64,000 bases of DNA from Patescibacteria group bacterium. Lineage in GTDB: Bacteria > Patescibacteriota > Patescibacteriia > PEXW01. This document shows, piece after piece, positions 1 to 7,153 of this stretch (position 1 is the stretch's first letter; the number at the start of each line of letters is the position of its first letter). The stretch is from contig JBAYJA010000001.1 of NCBI GenBank assembly GCA_041665345.1, forward strand, positions 73,206 to 137,205, read 5' to 3'. The notes below the pieces were generated by a model. The model made no database searches. It worked only from the letters and a program-made list of their open reading frames with translations, and was not told the origin of the DNA. The position numbers and the translations under genes were made by a program.

Positions 1-251
1 TCTCCGCGGAGGTCGGCGAGTTTGTCGTCAAGGTAATCCTTGGTCACCATTCGGGTTTCGAATTGTCCGAGTTGGTGTTTCAGAGCATTCTTGGTTACCA
101 TGTTTGCCCGCAACGACTGTAACTCGTGCTGCACTGGGATTAGCTGTTCTGCCAGATGGGTTTTTGTTACCATCTGCCGTTCAGTTATATCCGCTAAGCT
201 GTGGACAGCTTCCAGAACATCTTGGATTGTGGGTTCAGATTCTTTAGGCAT
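1..251 (-). CDS. Hypothetical coiled-coil protein with MVTK repeats, runs off the window edge
   Basis: Manual translation from ATG at 251: MPKESEPTIQDVLEAVHSLADITERQMVTKTHL...MVTKNAL...MVTKDYLDDKLADLRG; open to position 1; not in the ORF track. Confidence 0.7.
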   Translation of the reverse strand, partial: MPKESEPTIQDVLEAVHSLADITERQMVTKTHLAEQLIPVQHELQSLRANMVTKNALKHQLGQFETRMVTKDYLDDKLADLRG

Positions 252-347
252 AAATAGGTGCGAAATGAGTGAGAATCCGCCTCTTGTCGGATTCCCAGCA
301 TAGCGCGGCTTTTGGGTGCGTGCAAGTTTGGGGTGCGGGGTATGATA

Positions 348-376
348 TTGACGTTTCTTTTGCTTCACATTAAGGT
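348..376 (+). promoter_or_regulatory. Sigma70-type promoter TTGACG-17-TAAGGT
   Basis: Direct motif match upstream of 542..1204. Confidence 0.6.
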
Positions 377-541
377 AAGAGACCTACACGACCTTTGAAA
401 AACCTCCTGCCATAGCTGAAAGTCCCTGCATTTTTCTGGGGGTTTCCAGCTGTGGCATGCGAAACATACCACCCAGCCGGCCCGTTTCTGATTCTGGCAA
501 GGTGCCTGAACAGAGAATGAGCTGCAACGCAGAAAGGAGCG

Positions 542-1204
542 ATGACGATGCGCAAAACATCGATCACGCCTCAGCAACTTGATCAGTTTCGTCAGTTAGG
601 CGAGGCTCGATTGAAAAAGATGGGTATCACCAGCGAAGAGTTCCAATTGGCAGTTATTGCCCAAGGTGGTGTCTACCAAGATAAGTTGGAGGAGATCATT
701 CGGGAAATGATAAAATTCCATCAACGTTCCATCGAGCCGCACATCCTTGCCCGCAAGACCTTTGACCCCGAGCAGTTCATCGGGGAAGGTTGGACGATTG
801 ACGAGCGGATCGGTAAGCGATCTGATGGCAACCTGGACGCCGGGCAGATTACACGAAAGGATTATTCCACATCCGATGTATCGTACATCAACGGCGAAGA
901 ACGCTTGCAATGCATCAAGATCACTCCGGATGACATTCAACTGGATGGCGAGGATTTCCTCGCTCTCTATGAGGAAAAAGATCAGTTGACTTTGCGATGG
1001 CTCTACGAAACCAAGGGTTTCGAATGGCTTTCCTTCTGGGGAATTATTCTGCGTGACCCAGAAGGCAACCGTAAGGTCCTGTACCTGTACCGGGACGTCG
1101 GCGGTTCCTGGGTCTGGCGCTGTCTCTGGGTCGACATCGACGATTGGTATTCCAGCATTCCTTCGGCTGTGCTCGCAAGCCCGCTCGCCGAAGCCAAAGC
1201 GTAG
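542..1204 (+). CDS. Hypothetical protein, putative DGR target-like, paralogue of 17890..18552
   Basis: 220 aa, SD AAAGGAG; shares FDPxQFxG, QLDxEDFLAL, LYETKGxxWLSFWGxIL and VLYLxR..GSWxW..DDW motifs with 17890..18552. Confidence 0.75.
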   Translation: MTMRKTSITPQQLDQFRQLGEARLKKMGITSEEFQLAVIAQGGVYQDKLEEIIREMIKFHQRSIEPHILARKTFDPEQFIGEGWTIDERIGKRSDGNLDAGQITRKDYSTSDVSYINGEERLQCIKITPDDIQLDGEDFLALYEEKDQLTLRWLYETKGFEWLSFWGIILRDPEGNRKVLYLYRDVGGSWVWRCLWVDIDDWYSSIPSAVLASPLAEAKA

Positions 1205-1269
1205 GCGAATCAGCAGGCATATTGTTCTACTTTGGCGCTTTGACTTAGACACTTGGTCTTTCGTAAAAT

Positions 1270-1300
1270 CCCCGCATCATCACTGGTGCGGGGCTTTTTT
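1270..1300 (+). terminator. Rho-independent terminator
   Basis: CCCCGCAtCA-tcac-TGgTGCGGGG stem followed by a T-tract. Confidence 0.7.
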
Positions 1301-1465
1301 ACAAACCAAAAGCCGAGGCATGAAAGCCTCGACTACCCAGCTCATTCTTCATAGCGACTTCAGTCGCGTAAGGAAAGGAATGTCTAACCGCACTTCCGCC
1401 AAAGGCGGATCCGGCTTCGCCGGAAAAGTGCGTTTGAAGGTTTTAGATTAAAGTCCGTTGGAAGT

Positions 1466-2035
1466 TTACTCCCCAGCCCGTGCCGTGTACTCGCCCGTCT
1501 CGGTGCTGACCATGATTCGTTCCCCAGATTTGATGAAGAGGGGAGCTTTGACTTGCAGGCCGTTGTCCAAGGTGATGGTCTTGGCGGTGTTGGTGGCGGT
1601 GTCCCCGCGCACGGCGTCAGGTGAGTCTGTCACGGTGTACTCAATTTTTTTGGGTAATTGAATGGTGACGGGCTTGCTCTCAAACTGCAGCACGTCCACC
1701 ACCAAACCCTCTTTTAGGTACTTCACCTGGTCACCCAGTTGCTCGGTGGTCAGGAAGAACTGGTCGTAGGTCTCCTGGTCCATAAAGTAGTGCTCCGTGT
1801 CCTGGGCGTACAGGTAGCTGGCTTTGGTGCGGGATAAATCTGCCTCCGGGATTTTGTCCCCAGGTTTGAAGGTTTGCTCCAGCACCCGGCCGGAAATAAG
1901 GTTCTTCAGCTTCGTCCGCATCACCGGTTTGCGTTGCGCTGTGCGCATGAAGTCAGACCACAGTACCACGTAGGGCTCGTTGTCGATGGTGATGGCGACC
2001 CCAATGCGGAGGTCATTCATGGTGAGGACGGACAT
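1466..2035 (-). CDS. efp: Elongation factor P
   Basis: DLRIG, MRTKLKNL, YFMDQETYDQ, VRGDTA, PLFIKSGE motifs. Confidence 0.97.
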   Translation of the reverse strand: MSVLTMNDLRIGVAITIDNEPYVVLWSDFMRTAQRKPVMRTKLKNLISGRVLEQTFKPGDKIPEADLSRTKASYLYAQDTEHYFMDQETYDQFFLTTEQLGDQVKYLKEGLVVDVLQFESKPVTIQLPKKIEYTVTDSPDAVRGDTATNTAKTITLDNGLQVKAPLFIKSGERIMVSTETGEYTARAGE

Positions 2036-2037
2036 AG

Positions 2038-2081
2038 GTTACGAATTACGAAATAAAGATACGAATATACGAATTACGAAT
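2038..2081 (-). repeat. TTCGTA x5 array directly upstream of efp ATG
   Basis: TACGAA on + at 2040, 2047, 2060, 2068, 2075. Confidence 0.85.
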
Positions 2082-2202
2082 GGGGGGGGGGAGGATGAGG
2101 AACGAAGAAGAGAGAACCAGATAAACCAAGCCTGGATCTCAATTGCGCCTTCCATCATCACCTTATAACCATACTCGCCGCCACACCCAAACCCTCAACC
2201 TC

Positions 2203-2445
2203 TTACCGCGGCGTATACGGCACGAGCGCCATGAAGCGTGCGCGCTTGATTGCTTCTGCCGTCATCCGTTGGTGGCGCATGCACAGACCCGTGCGGCGGC
2301 GGGGGAGAATCTTGCTGTAGGAGGAGATGAACTTCTGGTAGCCACGGGGATCTTTGTAATCCAAGGAGGTATTGCCCAAGACGCAGAAGTGGCACTGCTT
2401 GGGTGGCGGGGGGAGCGTGGCTTGTTTTTGACGTTGTTGGCGCAT
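2203..2445 (-). CDS. rpsR: 30S ribosomal protein S18
   Basis: CHFC, DYKD, KILPRRRTG, AIKRARFMALVPY. Confidence 0.97.
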   Translation of the reverse strand: MRQQRQKQATLPPPPKQCHFCVLGNTSLDYKDPRGYQKFISSYSKILPRRRTGLCMRHQRMTAEAIKRARFMALVPYTPR

Positions 2446-2463
2446 ACAGGGAGCAGGGGAGGA

Positions 2464-2898
2464 CTAGAATGGAATATCTTCGACGTTCACTTCGGGTTCT
2501 GCGTCTGCAGGAGCCGGGGTGTCCGTGGGGGCTGGGGCGTCAGCTGTTGGTGCAGCAGCGCGTTGGCCAGGGCGATCTAGCATGATGAGGTTTTCGGCCA
2601 CAATTTCCGTACGATACTTCTTCTGGCCAGAGGGGTCATCCCAGGAGCGGGTCTGCAACCGGCCTTCCACAAAGACTTTGGAACCCTTCTTGACGTACTG
2701 GCCAATAATTTCCGCCAGCTTGCGCCAGGCAACCACGCTGTGGAATTCCACTTGCTCTTTCTTCTGCCCGGCCGTGTCGGTCCAGGTGCGGTTGGTGGCA
2801 ACGCTGAAGAGGGCAACCTGCTGGCCGCCGCCGGTGGTGCGCACGTCGGGGTCGCGGGTGATGTTCCCAATGATCATGACCTTGTTGAGGTTCATCAT
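2464..2898 (-). CDS. ssb: Single-stranded DNA-binding protein
   Basis: LNKVMIIGN, VEGRLQTRSW, C-terminal EDIPF. Confidence 0.98.
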   Translation of the reverse strand: MMNLNKVMIIGNITRDPDVRTTGGGQQVALFSVATNRTWTDTAGQKKEQVEFHSVVAWRKLAEIIGQYVKKGSKVFVEGRLQTRSWDDPSGQKKYRTEIVAENLIMLDRPGQRAAAPTADAPAPTDTPAPADAEPEVNVEDIPF

Positions 2899-2936
2899 AT
2901 GTTCGTACGGGTAAGATGGAGTGTGGGAATGGAAAA

Positions 2937-3446
2937 TTACTTGACGGCGTCCTCGTCCAGGATCTCGTCAATCTTCTTGTCCAACTCATCCAGGGAGAGG
3001 GGGGCAGCATCCACAGCCGTCCGCTTGGGGGTGGCAGTTTCTGCCAGGCGGTCTGCAGCTTCCCGGGTTTGCCGAGCTTGCGCGTCTTCGCGGGCTTTGC
3101 GGGCTTGGATTTTCTCTTGGATCCGGGCTTCTTCTTCCAGTTCTTTGGCAGTCTTCAGCTTGGTTTGGATGGGCAAGAACCGAATGACTTCGTCCACCAA
3201 CTTCAATTTTCCCGTGAAGCCATTGAAGGCTGCGGGTTCCAGGTTGAAGTCCAGGTCCACGTAGGTGCCGGTTTTGTGCTTGCCAATGGGGTAGGCGAGC
3301 TTGCGCTTGCCAATGACGTGGCTGTTCAGAACCTCGCCTCCAGCTGCGGTCACCAGGTCGCGAATTGTTCCCAAGACGCCATCAGCTGCTTCAGGGGCAA
3401 CTTGGGAGCCAACGATGGCGAGTAGGTCGTAGTGTTTTGTAGCCAT
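2937..3446 (-). CDS. rpsF: 30S ribosomal protein S6 with C-terminal extension
   Basis: KHYDL, GKRKLAYPI, VIRFL; rpsF-ssb-rpsR synteny; start moved to ATG 3446. Confidence 0.93.
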   Translation of the reverse strand: MATKHYDLLAIVGSQVAPEAADGVLGTIRDLVTAAGGEVLNSHVIGKRKLAYPIGKHKTGTYVDLDFNLEPAAFNGFTGKLKLVDEVIRFLPIQTKLKTAKELEEEARIQEKIQARKAREDAQARQTREAADRLAETATPKRTAVDAAPLSLDELDKKIDEILDEDAVK

Positions 3447-3598
3447 GGAAAAAATGCCAAAAAATGTGTACCCACCGTACCACGTGGGGGGAAGGGAGTC
3501 AAGGGAATGGGACTGGCAAAGCACCGGAATCCATCAAATAGCCCCAGGTAGGCGGCTTTTGCTTTACGCCCTAGACCCGCAACCGCTACACTGCACCT

Positions 3599-4831
3599 AT
3601 GCACACTGGAGATTGGATTGCCTGTTTTGGCCGCGAACCCTCACTTTCGGCCTGGGAACTGTACCGCGTTACCGGGCAGGATTTTGGCACATTGCACAAG
3701 GAAGTGGCTGTCCTGCCGCCTATGCCTGGACATAGCTTGGTGCAGCTCCAGCAGCGCTGTGGGGGGCTGGTGAAGGTTGGGGAGGTCTTGGGCATAGCGC
3801 CTGACTTGGTGAGTCTCCACGCCACCCTGGTGCAGGCATGGCCGCAGTTGGTCCCGGCTGGGAGTACGGCCCGGGTCCACTTTGGGGTGAGTGTGTACGG
3901 TGCTGGCGGCGCGACGTTGCCACAGGTTCGAAAAGAAGCGAAGAACCTGGCGCAGGGTTTGAAGCGAGAGCTGGTGGAACGGGGTCGGTCTGCGCGGTTG
4001 GTCATTGCCAAAGAACCAGTCTTGCCAGCAGCAGCACTGATCCAGGGAAAAATCTTGGAACGGGGATTTGAAATTCTCATCCTCACCACCCCAGATGGTT
4101 TGGTCTGGGGGAAGACCGTGGCCGTGCAAGATATTAGCGGGTATGGCAACCGAGACGTGGGCCGGCCGCGGCGGGATGCAACGTCCGGCATGCTGCCGCC
4201 CAAGCTGGCGCAGATTATGGTGAACCTCACTGCGCCCCGGCCACAGGCAACGTTGCTGGATCCGTTTTGCGGTTCTGGCACGATTCTGCAAGAAGCTGCA
4301 CTCTTGGGGGTGGAGCACATCGTTGGTTCGGACATGAGTGACAAAGCTGTGCAAGATTCCACGGTGAACATTGCCTGGTTGCAAGAGCACAGCCAGGTCA
4401 CGAAAGACATCCGCGTCTTCCGGGCTGATGCTGCAGAAATTGCCAAGCATGTGAAACCAAACTCCATTGAGACCATTGCAACTGAGCCGTACTTGGGTCC
4501 ACCCCAACGAGGTGTGCCGCGCGGCAGAGTTCTCCTGCCACTCATCTCCGCACTCAGCCGGCAGTACGAGCAGTGGCTGCAGGCCATGGCCGACGTATTA
4601 CAACCGGGTGGTCGTTTAGCCATGGTCTGGCCTTTCTTTCAGGTGGAAAAGCAGGGGTACTTTTTGCAAGTGCAAGACGCAGCAAAGAACGCTGGTTTCC
4701 AGGTCATACAGCCGCCAACCTGGATGCTGGAGCAACCCTGGTTCCGCTCCACGCCGCGCGGCACTGTGCTGTACTCTCGACCTGACCAAGTAGTGGGCCG
4801 GGAAATTGCCTTACTGGAAAAACATGCGTAG
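3599..4831 (+). CDS. Trm11/TrmG10-like SAM-dependent RNA methyltransferase
   Basis: GMLPPKLAQIMVNL, LLDPFCGSGT, TEPYLG. Confidence 0.8.
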   Translation: MHTGDWIACFGREPSLSAWELYRVTGQDFGTLHKEVAVLPPMPGHSLVQLQQRCGGLVKVGEVLGIAPDLVSLHATLVQAWPQLVPAGSTARVHFGVSVYGAGGATLPQVRKEAKNLAQGLKRELVERGRSARLVIAKEPVLPAAALIQGKILERGFEILILTTPDGLVWGKTVAVQDISGYGNRDVGRPRRDATSGMLPPKLAQIMVNLTAPRPQATLLDPFCGSGTILQEAALLGVEHIVGSDMSDKAVQDSTVNIAWLQEHSQVTKDIRVFRADAAEIAKHVKPNSIETIATEPYLGPPQRGVPRGRVLLPLISALSRQYEQWLQAMADVLQPGGRLAMVWPFFQVEKQGYFLQVQDAAKNAGFQVIQPPTWMLEQPWFRSTPRGTVLYSRPDQVVGREIALLEKHA

Positions 4832-5795
4832 CAAATGGTTCGGGGTGCTTGTCATCTTCGGCCTCACCTTTCCGGGTTTTGCCCACGCCAGCGCAACTTT
4901 GGTTTTTAGTGGTGACGTAATGCTGGGTCGATCAGTCCGCGATCAAATCAACCGTCGCGGTGGTGGAAATGGCGCCTGGGTAACGGCGAATCTTGCCAAA
5001 GTTTTTCGGCAAGCTGATTTGGCATTTGTCAATTTGGAGTCGCCGTTCCTCGCGGGCTCAGCTTCCAGCCAGGAAATGATTTTCCGCGCTGACCCAAAGC
5101 ACGTCACCGCGCTCACGGGCGCGGGTATTGACGTGGTTTCCTTTGCGAATAACCACAGCCGGAACCAGGGGAGCGCAGGCATTCAAGCCACGGTTGATCT
5201 GCTGCAGAAAAACCGGATCCTCGTTGCTGGCGCCGGCAGTACGTCAAAAGTCGCCTACGCGCCCCGCTTCTTCCAGGCTGGCGCAGTTCCGGTTGCGGTC
5301 TTGGCGTACACGTATGGCGAACGAGTGCTGACGACGAATATCCAGAAAACAACCATTGCTAATGTGGATATCTGGTTAATGCAAGCAGAGGTGAAGAAGG
5401 TGCGTGCCACAGGCAGGTTTGTGGTGGTGTCATTGCATGCGGGGAATGAGTACACCGTGGTACCAAACTCGCTGCAGAAGACTTTTGCCCATGCCGCTGT
5501 GGATGCAGGCGCCGATCTGGTCATTGGCCATCACCCGCACTGGGTGCAGCCCGTGGAAAAGTACAAAGGCAAGCACATTCTGTACTCCTTGGGGAATCTG
5601 GTTTTTGATCAAACGTGGTCGAAGAATACCCAGGAAGGTGCGGTGGCGCGGGTAACGGTGTCTGACCGGCGTCAGGTGACGCTAGAGGTGTTGCCAGTGA
5701 AAATCGAACGCACCAGCCAGCCGCGGTTCATGTCGGCTAGTGAGGCAAAACCGGTACTGCAGCGGATGCTGGTCCCGATCAGTGGGAAATTGTGA
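4824..5795 (+). CDS. CapA/PGA_cap family metallophosphoesterase, secreted
   Basis: GDVMLGR, NLESP, ANNH, HAGNEY, GHHPHWVQ, YSLGNLVFDQ; signal peptide. Confidence 0.9.
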   Translation: MRSKWFGVLVIFGLTFPGFAHASATLVFSGDVMLGRSVRDQINRRGGGNGAWVTANLAKVFRQADLAFVNLESPFLAGSASSQEMIFRADPKHVTALTGAGIDVVSFANNHSRNQGSAGIQATVDLLQKNRILVAGAGSTSKVAYAPRFFQAGAVPVAVLAYTYGERVLTTNIQKTTIANVDIWLMQAEVKKVRATGRFVVVSLHAGNEYTVVPNSLQKTFAHAAVDAGADLVIGHHPHWVQPVEKYKGKHILYSLGNLVFDQTWSKNTQEGAVARVTVSDRRQVTLEVLPVKIERTSQPRFMSASEAKPVLQRMLVPISGKL

Positions 5796-5801
5796 GCGAA
5801 G

Positions 5802-5829
5802 AAAAAGCGCTGACCTTTCAATCAGCGCT
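5802..5829 (-). terminator. Terminator hairpin, copy 1 (27/28 identical to 6545..6572)
   Basis: AGCGCTGA-ttgaaagg-TCAGCGCT plus T-tract on minus strand. Confidence 0.75.
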
Positions 5830-5842
5830 AGGAATCGTAGAG

Positions 5843-6448
5843 TTACCACCGAGCAGTAATGAAATATGTCCCCGACTCATGGCTTTTTCTGTTTGCGTTT
5901 GGCACGCAGGGCGTGAGGAGCTGAATTTCGGTAGTGAGATTGAGGATTTTACAAACGGTGTAGATCTCAAAACTACGGAAATCCTTCAGCCAACTTGGAT
6001 TGAAAATGTGCTTTGCTCCCTGCTTCTCGTTCGGAGGGACTGAGTAGTCACTTGAGGTTAGCTCCATTACGAGCATTCGATCGATCCCGGCTTGTGCAAG
6101 GTACTGGACTATCCCAGGAAGTTTTTTTGCGAATTCATGAAACGGCATGAATCGATGTTGGCCAACTGCACGTTGTAGGTCGGTCACGCCATGATCAGTA
6201 TTTTCGCAACAGTGGAAACCTGGTTGCGGTAGAAAGTAGTGCTGCTGTTTGCAGCCCGGGCATTGGATTGTCAAACATTCGACAATGGACAATCCCACAC
6301 AGAAAGCCGAAGTGTGAACATCTTTTTGGTCGGTTTCCGTAATTTTGTACGTGTACCCAGATACCGGACAGTGGAAAGTTTTGCCCAGAAGTTCCTTAAA
6401 GTGTGTTGGGAATTGGTGTTTAAAGGTTTCGTCAACAATAGCACGCAT
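5843..6448 (-). CDS. Hypothetical Cys-rich protein (inserted unit)
   Basis: 201 aa, SD AAAGGAG, own TTGACG-17-TAGGGT promoter, CPGC and HCC motifs. Confidence 0.7.
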   Translation of the reverse strand: MRAIVDETFKHQFPTHFKELLGKTFHCPVSGYTYKITETDQKDVHTSAFCVGLSIVECLTIQCPGCKQQHYFLPQPGFHCCENTDHGVTDLQRAVGQHRFMPFHEFAKKLPGIVQYLAQAGIDRMLVMELTSSDYSVPPNEKQGAKHIFNPSWLKDFRSFEIYTVCKILNLTTEIQLLTPCVPNANRKSHESGTYFITARW

Positions 6449-6544
6449 GGAAACTCCTTTTTATTGCGTTTGTTCATGTACGTTTGTAGTTTCTTACCCT
6501 ATCAGCACAATTTCCACTCGTCAAGAAAGGCGCTTTGTGGATAA

Positions 6545-6572
6545 AAAAAGCGCCGACCTTTCAATCAGCGCT
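6545..6572 (-). terminator. Terminator hairpin, copy 2
   Basis: Near-identical to 5802..5829. Confidence 0.75.
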
Positions 6573-6613
6573 TATATATGGTTGCCCGTGACAAGGTCAT
6601 CAGTGAGAGGGGA

Positions 6614-6697
6614 TTAGCCTCTCGTAGATGGGATCACCTCCTTTACCGTAATGACCTGTACGGATGCAATCGGCTCAAAAGAATGCTTTCGAATCAC
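6614..6697 (-). CDS. Possible 27-aa peptide MIRKHSFEPIASVQVITVKEVIPSTRG
   Basis: AGGAGG SD 5 nt before GTG, upstream TATACT, downstream terminator. Confidence 0.4.
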   Translation of the reverse strand: MIRKHSFEPIASVQVITVKEVIPSTRG

Positions 6698-6978
6698 TAT
6701 AGCCTCCTGATGCTTCACACCCAGCACCTGGGGTTTTGAGGTTGCGTACCATGGTGTCGTTTTGGGTAACGAACCGTTTCGTCTTCAGTATAACGAAAAA
6801 ACCTACACCCAGGGAAGAACTGGGTCAAGGTTTTGGATGTCGATAGGAGTATGGAGGGCAGGTAGAGTTGGAAGGTTAGCAGAGATGCTAATTTTCCCCT
6901 CCTTTCCAAGGAGCCGTCTGCGGCGGGTGCGAGCGAGTGCAGCACCCCCAGGTTAGGGGTGGTTCTGCTCTCCTTCTT

Positions 6979-7065
6979 TGTCATTCTGAGCCTCACTGCA
7001 GTGGGGCGAAGAATCTCCGTGGTTGGTTACAGTCTTCAGAGATCCTTCGAAGACTCAGGATGACA
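6979..7065. repeat. REP-like palindrome TGTCATTCTGAG...CTCAGGATGACA
   Basis: Terminal inverted repeat; relatives at about 18745..18816 and 38283..38387. Confidence 0.75.
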
Positions 7066-7153
7066 AAAAGCACCAAAGATCTCTACAGCTTTATGGCTCT
7101 ACCCCGACGATCCCACTGCGGGATGTCGGGGCGGGTGGCTTTCTGGCTTCTTC

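Noticed and set aside
2937-3150. bS6 C-terminal extension as a novelty
   Set aside because: Charged bS6 tails ending in LDKKIDEIL-like motifs are, to my knowledge, common in Parcubacteria; treated as a lineage trait.
6631-6644. 16S rRNA fragment
   Set aside because: Only the 14-nt anti-SD matches; the flanks show no helix 45 or other rRNA sequence.
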